A stretch of DNA of 63,606 nucleotides, counting the filler, from Circinaria calcarea (lineage: Eukaryota): the NCBI GenBank assembly GCA_051942165.1. It is 14 parts of 14 records of this genome, joined end to end, with 100 filler letters (N's around TTAATTAATTAA, not from the genome) between each part and the next. Parts side by side here need not be neighbours in the genome. Positions count along the whole stretch, not along the records: positions 13,686 to 18,145 come from JAVECS010002320.1; positions 18,246 to 22,700 come from JAVECS010002321.1; positions 22,801 to 27,254 come from JAVECS010002322.1; 11 more parts are not named here. The stretch is one strand, 5' to 3'. The position numbers and the translations under genes were made by a program. This document shows positions 13,586-27,354 of the stretch, one piece after another. The notes under the pieces were generated by a model. That model was not told the origin of the DNA and made no database searches. It was given only the letters and a program-made list of their open reading frames with translations. The first letter of the stretch is position 1. Each line of letters begins with the position of its first letter.

Positions 13586-16500
13586 NNNNNNNNNNNNNNN
13601 NNNNNNNNNNNNNNNNNNNNNNNNNNNNNTTAATTAATTAANNNNNNNNNNNNNNNNNNNNNNNNNNNNNNNNNNNNNNNNNNNNGAGTAGGTGAAGCGC
13701 GCAAGGTCAATGGTAATGGCGTGGTGTAGTCAACCAAACAATGCCCAAGATTGTGGTCACTGGTTCTGTCAAGCGCTCTATCAGTCAGGTATGCTGGATA
13801 GGGTCCGTCTCATACTGGCGAACACGAACCCGGGACTTCTACAGTTGTAACGGAGAAGCTGTCGCGATGGGAGTTGTGCTTACGTGCGGTTTGAACGCAG
13901 TTCCCTGGGAACACCGGTCAAGAAGATTTGAGGTTGAGGCCAGACGCCGAGCAAAACATGATAGCAGTGCTTGTAGGGAATAGGGAACGACCGTTGACCT
14001 TGGAAGCGGCCGTCAACGATGATAGTAAAGGATGGCTGAAGAGACCGCGGCGGAGAGAAAGCCCCTCTTACGACGGTGCCGTATGTATTACGGTGCTACC
14101 ACTAGTACTACGGGAGATATTTGTGCTGGTGCAGATTTAGGGCGGTTGGGTTTTCCTCGTTGGCAGCATGCTAGATCGGGTATAGGTATAGGTGTAGGTA
14201 TAGGTAAGGTAGGTAGCGTTCAGTCAAAGGCGATCTCATTCGAGCCCCCTTGGCCGTCCATACCCTGCCATGTTGTCAATTTCCCCCAGACTCTTCCGTA
14301 TCCTCGGGAAGTTGGGACTGGAGCTAAGTTACATGTAGCTAACGAGCTCCCGACAGGGGATCCCGTGTGGCTGGCGCACGGATAGTTCTGACGGTGGATA
14401 CGGAGGAGAGAAGGAGAACGCCTGACTTGCTTTGGGGGGACAGAATGACATGGTGGCGTGGATGGGTAGGGCGGCAGGGCACCTCAAAGCGGATGAAAGC
14501 TGATTGCTGATTGCCCAGGTCCGGAGTAGATGGCTGACTTGTGTCACGTACAGAGTACCGCCGGCACTTGATGCATGCCAACGGTGCATGAGAATCGAGC
14601 GCTGTTATTTTTCATTTCAACGTCTTCATCGGTATCATCCCTCCCAGTGGAGAATAAATCCATCGTGGCGAGATCGCCCTCCTGGAGAAATGGAGATAGC
14701 ACTTTAAAGTATCCTCCCACCGCTCTACCCGCCCATCCCCATCCCCATCCCGGGAGCCTGGGAAAGGATCGGCCCCAAGACTGGGGGCGCACAGTGATCC
14801 AATCGTAGCTGGATCACGGGCGGGGGATATACTGCCCTTTAGCTCGTAGGATCCCGCATCATTATTACCTACTTACTAATCGTCGCCGCCGTGGCGATTG
14901 GATCCGATGGCATCACGTTGGATTTTTTTCGATCTTACGACGATCAGACCTAAAAGGGCAATTTGGTCCAACTTTCCAAAGCTCTCTGGTCGAAGAATGA
15001 TGATGCCCCTGACCCGTTGGCGCTCAATCTGGAGATCTTCGCCAGGGGCTCTTAAAACCCAGGAATACGGCATGATTTCAAACCTTTCAATCTTGGAGGA
15101 TTTGCAGAGCACTCCATGCTATCTCCTCTTCCCAAGACGCAATACGAGTCGAGGCGGCCAAACCTAAAACCCGGGGGATGGTACAACGTCATGATTGGCC
15201 AGCACTGATAGTGAGTCGTGGTCACCGCTTCTTCTTCGAACAACGGAGAACAAAGCAGACGAGCAACCATTGCGCTACCGTGTCGGGCGTGGGGTCTCCT
15301 GACTTGTCCTACGACATTCCTTCCTCCTATAAGATAGCAGTACTGGACGATCACTGACGACATGTGTTACCGTGATTTCATCCAGACAATCCTCTGTAAA
15401 GATAACGTACCTAGTGCTGTCACCACCGCGTGGGAGTGGCAATCCCCGGCCCGAGTTTCGCGCGACCCGTTAAGCTTATTGTTTGATAATCGTTCAACTG
15501 CCGATGCAGGTCTGGCGACTTTGGGGGGGGCATTCCGTAGTCTACTCGATGTGTAGATCCGGAGATGACAGCTAGCCTTGGAGATGCTTCACGGCTTCTA
15601 CGCATCCTTGATGACTGGACTGCTCCGGTACAGATGGGCAGAGTTCACTGACCCTTGGGCCTGTCAACACAGCTGAATTTCTATCACCCTACACGCACCC
15701 CACCCCCGAGCAACCCCTCGAGGAATTTTTGCGTGGGACCACTATGGCTCTAGACAGATTGACTATTATCACACCGCAACTATGAGAGCCAGCTGTTCTA
15801 GTTACTCCCATCCTCGGCCGATGAGACTCGACATAATAGGATGTATAGTTGGGCCAGCGCTGTTGATTCCTGCGACCGAAAGAGTCGGTTTCTTGTTCGT
15901 GAACGGTTAGCAATTAATTTTTACAGCTTACCTTTGGTGTGCCAGTCGGTCTTCCTGAACGTCGGTCGAAAACCACTCTTCACGCAGAAATGTGATATGA
16001 TTCAGATTCCTGGTTGATATCAGAGGCCTCCCTGCATCGCGTCTTCGCACCGTTTATTGGTCATCTATGGAGTTTTCCTGCCAGGATAACCAAGATGCTT
16101 CATGCAGAGTGAAGTAATCGCGCAATCCCACGATGCATTCAGATCTATCCCAGAGATGCTATTCCGCCATTGTTGCCAATATCCATTCGTCCACAATTAA
16201 TCCATTCAATCAGTATTGAGCTGCGTATCAGACAGATCCCATGCTAGCAATGACACAGATTGTGAGACACGCAGATGAATCGGCGATTATGGGCATCGTG
16301 ATTTCCTTGGCATTCCGTTTTTCGTGCAACAGGCCGAAGTCGAATAAGCCCGGGGCCGCTGTCAACCATGGTTTGCCAGACCATCAGTATTCAAGGGGGG
16401 GTTTGAAACGAGTGCAATTGGGTCTTGAAATTATCGCCTAACTAAGTTAAGCCTAACCACATTAGCAATGCCGTCGGTTGTGCTCGCAAGGGAAATAGCT

Positions 16501-17994
16501 GTTAGCTCGATACTAGTAAAATAAGTGCCCTCATCTTAGTTAGATTGTGAAATGGCTTGTTGATTACAAGTAATGTTTCATTTGCATGCCAAGCAGATGA
16601 GCGGGTAGATTGCGCAAGAAGGCAGGTAAGTAACATACGGATTAGGTGATTTAAAAAAAAAAAAAAAAAAAAGAAAAAACAATATTCATGCAGAGAGACT
16701 TTAGCGTGTGAGCTTACAGCTTGTTTTCCCACACAACCACAGTATATTTCCGCATTCAATATGTATCCAGGGGTGTAACCAGGCACTCGGATTTTGCTCG
16801 ACCAATTAACGCATCTACCTTGCCACAAGGACGGGAATAGATCTAGGCTTTTGGCATAGTACAGCGCTTCCCGGTTCAAGCTGATTGTCGACGGAAAGGG
16901 ATTATCTATACGAAAGCAGCAACTCGGGTTCTCGGAAGGAAGGACTAGCTAGATATAAGGATTCCTACACGAAAGGGAGGGATAAACAAATCCTCCTTTT
17001 CTCGACCTAGACTTTCTCACTGCCGTCAGGCTTTGGCATTTCGTTATCGTCGAGGGTCAATGTTGCTTTTTTCTCAGCCCTATGGCTGAGCTTCGTGTAG
17101 CAGTAGCATTGAATGGCCTGTGATGTTTCAATTAACCATCGGCTAGATGGGTTTCCCTTTGCTACCGTTCGGCTTTATGGTGTATTATATATGGTAAACA
17201 GTGATGAGTTGGCCAATCAGAGCCCTAAACAGCCGGTTCGAGGGAAGACAGAAATCATTCAAAGAATGAGGAGCTGAACTTGCCCTAACAATCCAGTCGA
17301 TACTGGCCTTGAAACTGTCGATCAGGACGAAATCCAGGGGTTACGCAGCTGGTGGCTGGACCCTGTCAACTAGCGTCAAGAACTCGCCGCCGTCATAATA
17401 TACCATTTCAGAGGTAGTCGTTTCGGAGAGCGCGTGGCATCTCGGAGGCGGAAAGCACCTTTACCAATGCGGTCGAGAGTTTGGAGGGAGAGATTCGGGA
17501 AGTTGTAAACGAGAGCGGCGTGAGATGATTGTTACTTTCTCGGAAGATGTAATTAAAAGGCATCAATCAAGGCGCGCGAGAGTAAGCCGAGCGTGAGCGG
17601 AAAAACTAAGAAGTCCTCGGGCAATCCCCTTTCCCTCGAGATATCACTTGGCACTGTGAAATGGAAAAAGATTTCCATGTCCAACAAATTCTGAGGCTCT
17701 TTAACCGGCCGCGCGTGCCTGAGCGGCAAGGCCCATTATTGCAAAGTACCTTCGTAGGTGTCTGTTTGAAGTAGCAGCCAAGGCTGCTGGATGTAACGGT
17801 AGTACAAGTGATGCCGCTGGGGCGGAGTCGCCTAGAATATACGCAAGCTGCGGCATTCAGCCTTGTCAAACCCCTTCTATGTAAGCACGGCACCATCGTG
17901 GATTGGGTAGCGTCTTTACTTTCTCACATTCTCCTCTCTCTCTGCTACTAACTTTACAGCCAGTCTCCACAGTCATCGAAGTAGAAATCATAAC

Positions 17995-18145
17995 ATGAAG
18001 CTTCCAACTCTCGTCCTCTTCGCCTTGGGTGGCTTCAGCAGCTTGGTAGCTTCCCAAGCCAACACCACGACCAATTCCACTGCATTCACCGTCACTGTCG
18101 GTTTTGGGGGCCTTCTTGTCTTCAATCCTCAGACGATATTTGCAC
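17995..18145 (+). CDS. Secreted cupredoxin-like / extracellular serine-rich protein, N-terminal fragment
   Basis: Signal peptide MKLPTLVLFALGGFSSLVAS, then TVTVGFGGLLVFNPQTIFA typical of the first cupredoxin strands; runs off the contig. Confidence 0.6.
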
Positions 18146-18506
18146 NNNNNNNNNNNNNNNNNNNNNNNNNNNNNNNNNNNNNNNNNNNNTTAATTAATTA
18201 ANNNNNNNNNNNNNNNNNNNNNNNNNNNNNNNNNNNNNNNNNNNNGGGGCAGGGTAAAGCATATATAAATTTTAATTACTAATGGGTTTTCCTGGATGAA
18301 GGGGGGAAAAAGTTTCCTGATAATTGTAACTCTGTGAGGGGGTGATGGGAAACAGGGAATAGAGGAGATCTCATATTACAGTGTCGAAGAGCCCCGGGCA
18401 GAGTGCTGTTTGGGGGGATATTATGGATCCCTTTTCCTTACCAAAGCGAAAAACCTTGAACTCTTTGCATGACACTACCCTCCTCCTCCCATTTCTTCAA
18501 CCCGGT

Positions 18507-21230
18507 GCCCTTAGCGGCCCCTTTAGCGTCAAAGTTTTCTATTATTTTCTCGACCATTTAGCGCGCGACGTTCAACGATGGAGGCTGGAAACCTCAAAGG
18601 GGTTAATGGGTCGCTTTACTTGCTTTCTAAGATGATAAGCTAATTGGCGGTTTCCGATTGTAGGGGCTTTGTGTTTATACGTAAGCCCCGTAGCGTGCTA
18701 AGGGCCGTAGCGAGCAATTAGTATGACCCCGGTCCAGTACGCGCCTGCAAAGATGATGTAATTTACTGCTTCGTACTGCACAGGCTGCACGATTAGCGGG
18801 TCTTATATCGTGCATAGATTTTATATAGCTTTCAGTGATTTGCAAGCTATGTTTAATGAGAAAGCTGGAAAATTTTATCAGAATCATAGGTCGTTGACCT
18901 ATTTTCTAGAAAACAGCGAGTAAGTGGGCTGTAGATGGAGGTGGTGGAATGCTGAAATGCACTGGCGCTGACAGTTCTGTATATGGTAGGAGGTGTTGGA
19001 AGTCATAGGGCTTACCGGATCACGTGTTACCTGCGGGTAATACGTGGTCCAGCTCTACACTTTCCACACACACCATAAAAGCATTTTTCGTAGCAAAGGT
19101 GGTTACACAGTTACATAGCAATCCATGTATGCTACCATACATGCTGCTCAACGGGAGGTTTTGTTATGAAGTCAGTGCAGTCAGTGCAGTCAGTGTGTTC
19201 AGTATGTTTAAAAACGGTACCGAGAGTGAAGAGCAGACAGTGAAATCAGCGTAGTGTAAACAATATGACCAGCGCAGTATAGACGATACAGTTAGTAGAA
19301 TAAGAATTGCTGTAATATAGTTACACGACCAAGACCTTGACTTACCCTCCCTTTTTTTCAACCTAGCCCTTAGCGTCAAATTTTCTATTATTTTCTTAAC
19401 TATTTAGCGCTCGACGTTCGACGATGAAGTCTAGAAACCTCAACTAGGCAATCTCTTTACCAGCCTTTGAGGTTATAGCCAATGGCAGTATGTGGTTTAG
19501 TTGATAGGCTTTGTGCTCCTACGCGAGCCCTTAGCATCTCATAGCCGCCAATAGTGGTACAGCTTCACTGCCAAGTCCGTATACCGGCTGCACTTAGGGG
19601 GGTTTAGCTATGTTTTGTAAGAGATTTGTTGTGTACGGGAGCCCGGCACCAATAGCCTAAGCCTAATATCGTAAGGTCCAGTTGGTGGGCTTACCATGCT
19701 CACGCGGAATCCACCCTTCCGTATTGGCCAGAAAAGGTCCACTAACATAGCATAGCTCCATTATAGAATTATAATTGATCAGACAGAGTAGAGCAGAGCA
19801 CAGCACAGCAGAGTAGACTGTAGTGTAGAGCAGCGTAGACAGTGCAGTGCAGTATAGTTCAGTACAGTATAAAACAATATAGGGGTACAGTCGGTGAAGT
19901 ATCTGCTGAAATAGTGACTGCTTACTGGCTGCATGGTTACACGAAGCGAAACATAATCCTACTACGTAGTACAATGCCCTTTCTTTTCACCCAGCCCTTA
20001 GTGGCCCTTAGCGTCAAATTTTTTATTATTTTCCTGAGCATTTAGCGCTCGAGGCTCAACAATAGACCGAGAAACCTTGAACAGGTAATTTGTCGCCTTA
20101 CCTGCTTCTATCAAAGAGCCCACCGGCTCATAGGTAAGTGTAACGAGTAGGATTTTTGTCCACATAAGCGAACCCTCAGCATCAGAGGTCTATGTTATGT
20201 ATCAGCATAAAAGTCGACACTTGACGAAAAGATAACAAATGCAAAAATGGTAATAGGTTGCTCTAACCGCATCTGAAATGGAATTGCTAGCATATAGGCA
20301 GGGATAATGGGTATGGGTTTTATTCGTATATGCGGACCTTTAGCGTGCAGAGTGCTATTGTACTTCTCAGCACCTAGCAATCGATATTCGATTGTAGATC
20401 TGAAGGGCCCCTAGAAATAATCAATCTTTTTACAGGTAAGTAAAGGAGAGCAAGTAGGGTTTCTGTTTACACAAGCCGCAAGCGAACCCTTAGCGTCAAT
20501 TTTTTTATTATTTCCCTGAGCATTTAGCGCTCGACTTTCAACGATAGACCGAGAAAACCTCAAAGAGGGAATTAGTCGCCTTACCTACCTCTCTGAAGAA
20601 ACTATCAGCTCACAGGCAGGTGTGACGAGTGGATAACTAGAAATTAGGGTTTCTGTCTACAAGCGAATGCCTAGTGTGCATATTTATTTTGTATTTCTGA
20701 GCGGCTGGCGGTCGGCCTTTGACGGCGAAGGCTGGAATTTTAATTAGGTACTCGGCTGACATATCTCTATAGAAGCGGCCAGCAAGCTGGACATAAATGA
20801 ATGTAATCCTGATCTCTGCACACTATCTATCGATGTTGGTAATATTTCTACAGGATTAGAAATTTGAATTATTGAGTGTAGTGTCATACATGAAGAATCA
20901 TCACATGACTGGCAGCGCTGCGGGCCGATAAGCGAAGCCCTTAGCTTAGAATTCACTCCGTCCTCGTTGCGCGGTCGTGGTTGAACCTGAGGCCGACCAA
21001 CGTGGATTACTTGATATGGAAGAAACTGAACAATCGTTGAACGTCGAGCGCTAGCCACGCTGCACGGTATGCGGAGAATCCACTCCGTCCTCGTTGCCCG
21101 GCCATGGTTGAAGTTAAGAGCCGGCCATGCTTTTTAGGCCGGCCATGCTGAAGTAGGAAGCTTGCACCATCGTTGAACGTCAACTCTAGGTGCGCTGGGT
21201 ATCTATTAACGCTCGACTTCCAGCGATGAG
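18507..21230. repeat. Degenerate ~150-185-bp satellite-like repeat family with interspersed CAGTG/GCACA-type low-complexity tracts
   Basis: Core CCCTTAGCGTCAAA(T-rich)ATTATTTT..C..A..ATTTAGCGCTCGA..TCAACGAT...GAAACCT at about 18520, 19367, 20005 and 20487. More diverged unit starts at about 18687, 19528, 20173, 20337, 20669 and 20938. An inverted core lies at 21033-21053. Confidence 0.8.
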
Positions 21231-22800
21231 GTGTCATGGGCTTAATTAGGAAATCATGTGGGGTTTCTCCGGCAGTCAGGATATGTACAGATCATGCCTG
21301 AGGTCCAAAGATGAATCTCAGACACCCGCCCCCCGCGAGAGAAGCTCCAAGGACAAACCAACAGCGTATCAGGGTCACGAGGCTCTTAGGAGATCAGATT
21401 ATGCTGATCTGAGCGGAAATCGAGGACCAGTACTTGCTAATTGAGAAAAACTTCATTCGGCTTCCACTCATGGCTTATTTTCAGGATGGGAATGGGACAT
21501 GGAATCGAAAGGATCTCCCCGGCAACCATCTGCGACCGATATATAGAGTGGTTGGCAATGAACTAGTGTATGAGATAGTCCTTGTTTCTGGGTAACAATT
21601 CAAACTCGGACAGCAAGGCACACGTTCTGCTTGAACTTTCCAAGATTGGAAGCGGAGATTACAAATGAAACAGGCAGCCTTACATCACAATGTAACCCAG
21701 TCATTGGTGCTCGGACATTTCTGATTTATCCTAGGTACGCTCCGCGTAGCTCAGTGTAGGAGAGCACTGATAGATGCGATATTTTGTAGACGCAACCTAG
21801 TACTGTCGTCGGATCATCTTTTGAAGTAGCTTAAGGGACTGTGGGGGATCCAGTGGGTCGGCTTCCACGCCCTGTACTGCGTAGTACGGAAGATGGTTTC
21901 CAGTCTGTCGTGGAGCTATCTGTAAATAGTTCCGTAGTCCGGCACCCTAAGGTAGATAAGCATAAGCTTCCGCCCAGCTAGGCAAATGCTACACCGAGGT
22001 GATTGTGAAAATCATGAAATCCCAATAACTTCAAGACCTGTTGCGAGATGCTACTGCTGCTGCTCAAGTATGGAAGACTGAAGAGTCTTTGAGATGGGCG
22101 ATTGGGAAGAGCCGCTAGTCTCACTCGGTCGAGGAGCCGCCAACGCGTACTCAGTGCTCCCACACTCTGGACAGTAAATGCCTCGAAAGGTGAAAAGGCC
22201 GACGGAGTAGTGGGACGCAGCCTCGTGTTAGCCTTCCCATCTTCCAAACCCATCAGTAATGCCCATTGTTCTCCTTCTCTTGACCACGTTTGACTCCAAC
22301 TTGCCTTGGCCGAACACACCAAATCCACACCGATTATTCTGGAAGGGCAAAGACTGCAATAAGCGTCGAGTCCTGCGTCGCAAGTAAAAAGAGGGGTGGA
22401 AACCTGCTTACAGGGCTGAGATCCTTTCCCCAGCTCCGCTGTCCGTCTGTCTTACTTATCCGTCTCCCTCTCTGCAGCGCATCTTTTCCATCGCTCGTGC
22501 ACATCTGCATACTTAACAAGGACTCCAAAGATGACATGGCGATGTCTTTATTCTTAGACATGATCCCGATCCTTGAGTAGGACTTCTGGTGAAACCGATA
22601 TTCCTGCGAGCGACCAATCGACGAATCGATTCACAGTGCTCCGCCGCCCTGCTAGAAATTGCTTTACAAAAGAGCACCGCCTGAGTCAACGCATCCAGCC
22701 NNNNNNNNNNNNNNNNNNNNNNNNNNNNNNNNNNNNNNNNNNNNTTAATTAATTAANNNNNNNNNNNNNNNNNNNNNNNNNNNNNNNNNNNNNNNNNNNN

Positions 22801-23244
22801 GATTGGAGCACCCTCAAAAGGGATCTTGATGTTAAAGTTTTGTGTATCGGCGATGGTAGCAGATCGCTGGGTGAGGACGGCCTTGGCGTCATTGGAGCTT
22901 AGGGCCGAGAGAGCGAGGCGGTTCTGATATCGTCAGAAGGACCGATCTACATATAAGTCCATAATATCTTCTAACCTTGGGATCTTCCATCAACTTCTTC
23001 TCCCATTGCTCAGCGGTGGTGATGGAGATGGTGGATGAGTAGGGGTGGTATGGCTGTGCTAAATGTAGTGTAAATGATTAAACACCACTTGATGGATAAA
23101 GACGTGCTTACGTTCTTCCCCGTTGATGTATACATATCCCTTCTCAAGCTCAGGTCTGCTCCCCTTTATTTCCAAGGCTTGAAGCCGCTCTGTAAGCTTC
23201 TCGCTTATCGCTGGTTCAAGGGCTTTTGACTGGGAGTTCCCCAT
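22801..23244 (-). CDS. LAP3: Bleomycin hydrolase / cysteine aminopeptidase (peptidase C1B), N-terminal fragment
   Basis: MGNSQSK... across two introns to EQWEKKLMEDPK|NRLALSALS...DTQNFNIKIPFEGAPI, the segment that precedes the TNQ..SGRCW active site in this family. Confidence 0.85.
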
Positions 23245-25306
23245 TTCGGCACTGTGTATTCTAAGTTCCAATACAGAATAAACAAAGCTCTGGAATGTGA
23301 TTCAGATGAAGTGTAGAGGTGCTTTGACGGTGAATATAGAACTGGAGTCCGATCATCCTTCCCTCGTCCCATGTTCTTTCACGTTGTCTACACATCAGGC
23401 GAGCTTCCCAAAGCGGCAAAGGCCGACGCTAGGGTTCAATCTTATCTTTGGTGGGGTCGATTTGAGACAAGGGGGCAAGGGAGGATGATCGGCAAACCAC
23501 AGATCATTGGTAAGGACAATGATTGGACGAACCAGAGATAGTAAGATTCAAAATGTACCAATACGGTGCTCATCGGAATATCTGCGGCTTGATTGTTGCG
23601 AGAACAAAAAGATTGACATTGACCAGATTCAATGTGTCCATAGCCAGGTTTAGCTTACCTAGATGGAGTTTTCTAATCGTCCAACGTCTTAAACCGCCGT
23701 GTACCAGTAATTCGCACAAGATGAACATTACCCGAGTATGGTATGTCCATCTACAAGCTCGCATCTCCTACAGAAAAACGCTGTCAGATACCTACCACAT
23801 CACGCAGATATCATACTAGTCTCAGCGCCCTTGTGTGATAGAGGATTCAAAGCGGACCACTCCATAGCGAACAGCTGCTGTAAATGAGTTTACAGTTGTC
23901 ATTGGGTCTTCATAAAACCAATGGGTTATAGGGAAAATGGCATATCGTATTGGAAAACCCCCCGGAACTAGTCGGTTGCAAGACTTGATAGTAGAGCTGG
24001 TGGTTTGCCTATCGTCACTAAAATAGAGTGAGATGAGCAGTCCCTCTTCCGCTTTGCTGCCAGACATCGTAGCTAGGTGCAGAAAAGGCGTAATGGGAGG
24101 ACCCAGACTGTTGATCTATATCCTGGATGGCTTGGCAGTTCGATTGTTCAAACTAGATCGACCACGACGAGTGACAACAGATGAAGTTCTTGTCGACTAT
24201 GGAGCTAGTGTTAGAGATAGACTCACGCCTGATGGATATGGTGGAACAGTCTCCATTTTTCGAAGAAGACAATGTAGCCAAAGTCCCCTCACCGCACCGG
24301 GCTGCTCTGGAGACCTTCAGGTAAATATTATTTGTATTCGGAAGCTTCAGGGGAAGTTCTGGTTGCTCTGGCGAGCCCGTTTGAGTGGGAAAGCGCATGT
24401 CTAAATCGGTTCCACTGCTTCGACTTTTGGAGGCGGTCCTTGACTAGCAATCCCAGAGCCCTTGCTCCGTCTCATTGGACATAAGATGGGGGAGTTGATT
24501 CAAAATCAAAGCCCATAGATGACACTGTCTCGAAAGCTTCTAGTAAATAAGATAGCAAGCATCCACACAGTGTAATGTTTTAGAGACAACAGGAAGTTCT
24601 GTAATCGATTGATCGATGTTAAGAATTTGACAGTGTACAAACACATATTTATGCATGCGGCTTTGACCATGGAAATACCTTATATAGCTACGAGTAGGGA
24701 AGCTTCTAGGCTCATTCTAGCTCCACAGAGAAAGCTATGATCCCTCCCTATCATCCTTGTAGTAGTGACCAGCTCAACGTATGAAGAAGTTATAAAGGTC
24801 GATCCTAAACCCATAGAATTGGATTCTATCATGACCTGACATAGGGGTATTCCTATAGGGCGGTAAAACGAATAGAGGAGGTTGAACATAGCCAGGAAAA
24901 CAAGGTGGGGCCCAAACTGTGCTCTAGAACAGGCCAGCTCCGTCATACGTGAAGCCGCCAAGGAACATTTATCAGAGACGAGTTTTGTAGTGAATGCTAA
25001 TTAGGAATTTTAAGCCGATGATATTCGTACTTTCAAGGGGTGGAATATAAAATGATAGAGCGGGTAAAGGATTTAACAGTCTCACGGCTGAATCGGATTG
25101 TGACATGTAGCCCCCGCCTGCTGTACCGTATTTCTAGGGTAATGGCGCCGATCACGCCCCTCCCGGTGTTTACTGAACCACGGTACAATCCTTTAATTTC
25201 GCCACATATACCGTTATGTATTGATCGAAACCTGTAGATTTGACATTTTGGGAACATCCATCCTGACAACAGATATAAAATCATCTTACAAAAGTTTCCA
25301 AAGCAA

Positions 25307-27254
25307 ATGGGCCAACCTCCTGCCGTCGTGATCATCGCACGGTATGCCCCTCCCGAACAACTCATAAGTATTCACTCACTGATCGCATCCCCAGGCATGG
25401 CGCCAGACTCGATGCAGCCAACAAGCAGTGGCATCTCACCTCACCGATTCCATATGACCCTCCTCTGACCTATGGCGGCTGGACTCAATCTCAAGCGCTT
25501 GGGGTAAGGATCGCGAGTTTGCTGGAAGCACGCGAGAACCTCCATGATCATCACAGACCGAAAGGACATGCGACACGACCAAGTACGGCATCTGAAGATG
25601 TCTCGGAGGCGGAGAAGGAGCATCACCACCGCCGATTTAGACCTCATGGTAGCAGGCGAAAAAGACAGCGGGTCATCATCCATACTTCACCATTCTTGCG
25701 ATGCATACAGACCTCCATAGCTATTGGTGCTGGTATAGAGCAATACCAGGGCTCGAATCCTCAAGGTTCAAAGCCTGATGTTGAAAGTATCACACACTCA
25801 AAGCCCCACGTGATGCACTCCGGATCGCCTCATCTACATGGCGTAGATCATGGAAAACCCCATCATTTATCCTCCATCATAGAGCCAGACGATGATTCGG
25901 ACGAGTTTGATGATTTCGGAAGGCCAAGGCAAAAGTCTCAAGTGGGAAGGAGGATAACTAAAAAGCCGGAGCTTCGAATCGATGCATTCCTGGGTGAATG
26001 GCTCTCACCTGACTACTACGAGTCGATAACGCCACCTCCTAGCTCAGTGATGATGGTCGCAAGTGCGAAATCAGATCTTTTGCACCGTGGCGAGTATGTG
26101 GAAGCATTACAGGAGTCTACAAGAAGCAGTTCCACTCATGGGAACTTTCCGGGAGGGTGGGGAAATAGTGATACCACTGTTGGAGCAGATCATCAGACTG
26201 AGGACGAGAACGGTCCTTTGTCGAAGATGTCAAGCCTAGCTCAAGCACTTTCACATCGTGACCGAGCCCACAGCCATAGCAGCAGCACAGCAAACACCTT
26301 AAGCAGGCCAAGCCAAAGATCTTTAATAAGAACATACATACCGACTAGCCATGTTCATCGGGGATATGTACCACCGGTGCCTAAGTATGCCATATCTCCA
26401 TCTGACCCCATTCCGGCAGGCTATGTGGCTCACGCTCGTGAGGCATGCGTGGATGTCAACTACCAATGGGATAGTATGAGAGCTCCGCATAATTGGGGTG
26501 ATGGTGGTGAGTATGGTGAGGAGTGGAGCTCTATGCACAAACGATTTCGAAAGGGACTTCACGATATGATTATGTGGTATAGTGACCATGGATTATCCGG
26601 TGCAACGGACAGCCGAAACGGAGCCTCACACCCGCGAGGTGAACATCACGAAGATGACTCCGAAGACACCGACATAATCCTAATCTTGGTTACACACGGT
26701 GCAGGTTGCAATGCACTTATCGGCGCCTTGACCAACCAGCCAGTCCTGCTTGATGTCGGCATGGCTTCACTTACCATGGCCGTACGAAAAGACCTTAGCC
26801 TTCGAGTTTCCACCTCGTCCGAATCTTCCCCCGTCGAACCAAGAATATCTGACGAGTATGATATATGCCTAACTGCTTCTACCGAGCATCTACGGGGTGG
26901 TTCCAGTCCATCCAAGATAGCTCCAGCGCAAGCATCCCCCAGGATTTCTTCGCAACACAGCTCCACGTACCGGCACCGGCTCGGCTCGGCTACCACATTA
27001 ATACCCACCAGCAGTCCCATTGATGGAGGTTTCTCGCTCCCAGAACCCGGCGCTCGCGCCATGGCGAGCATCAACATGGGCGGCGAAGTCCAGCGCCGAG
27101 GAAGCGGCGCTTCAACATCGAGCACGGGATTATGGAGCAAGCCGTCCGTCGAGTCCATCAGGAGTACGGAGGAGAACCAGGATCCCACCTCGACGATGGC
27201 GGAAAATAAAAAGTTGGCCCTCAAGATCGACCAGAGTCCCATTTCGCCGGTCAA
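25307..27254 (+). CDS. Histidine phosphatase (phosphoglycerate mutase-like) family protein, 3'-truncated
   Basis: MGQPPAVVIIAR|HGARLD (RHG motif split by intron 25342-25394), DPPLT, HTSPFLRCIQT, LGEWL and ILVTHGAGCNAL. Confidence 0.88.
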
Positions 27255-27354
27255 NNNNNNNNNNNNNNNNNNNNNNNNNNNNNNNNNNNNNNNNNNNNTT
27301 AATTAATTAANNNNNNNNNNNNNNNNNNNNNNNNNNNNNNNNNNNNNNNNNNNN

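Noticed and set aside
21739..21916. tRNA-like 5' end (GCTCCGCG TAGCTCAGTGTAGGAGAGC) with a possible acceptor partner CGTGGAGC
   Set aside because: No GTTCRA T-loop, no convincing anticodon arm, and no splice signals that would restore one. At best a relic.
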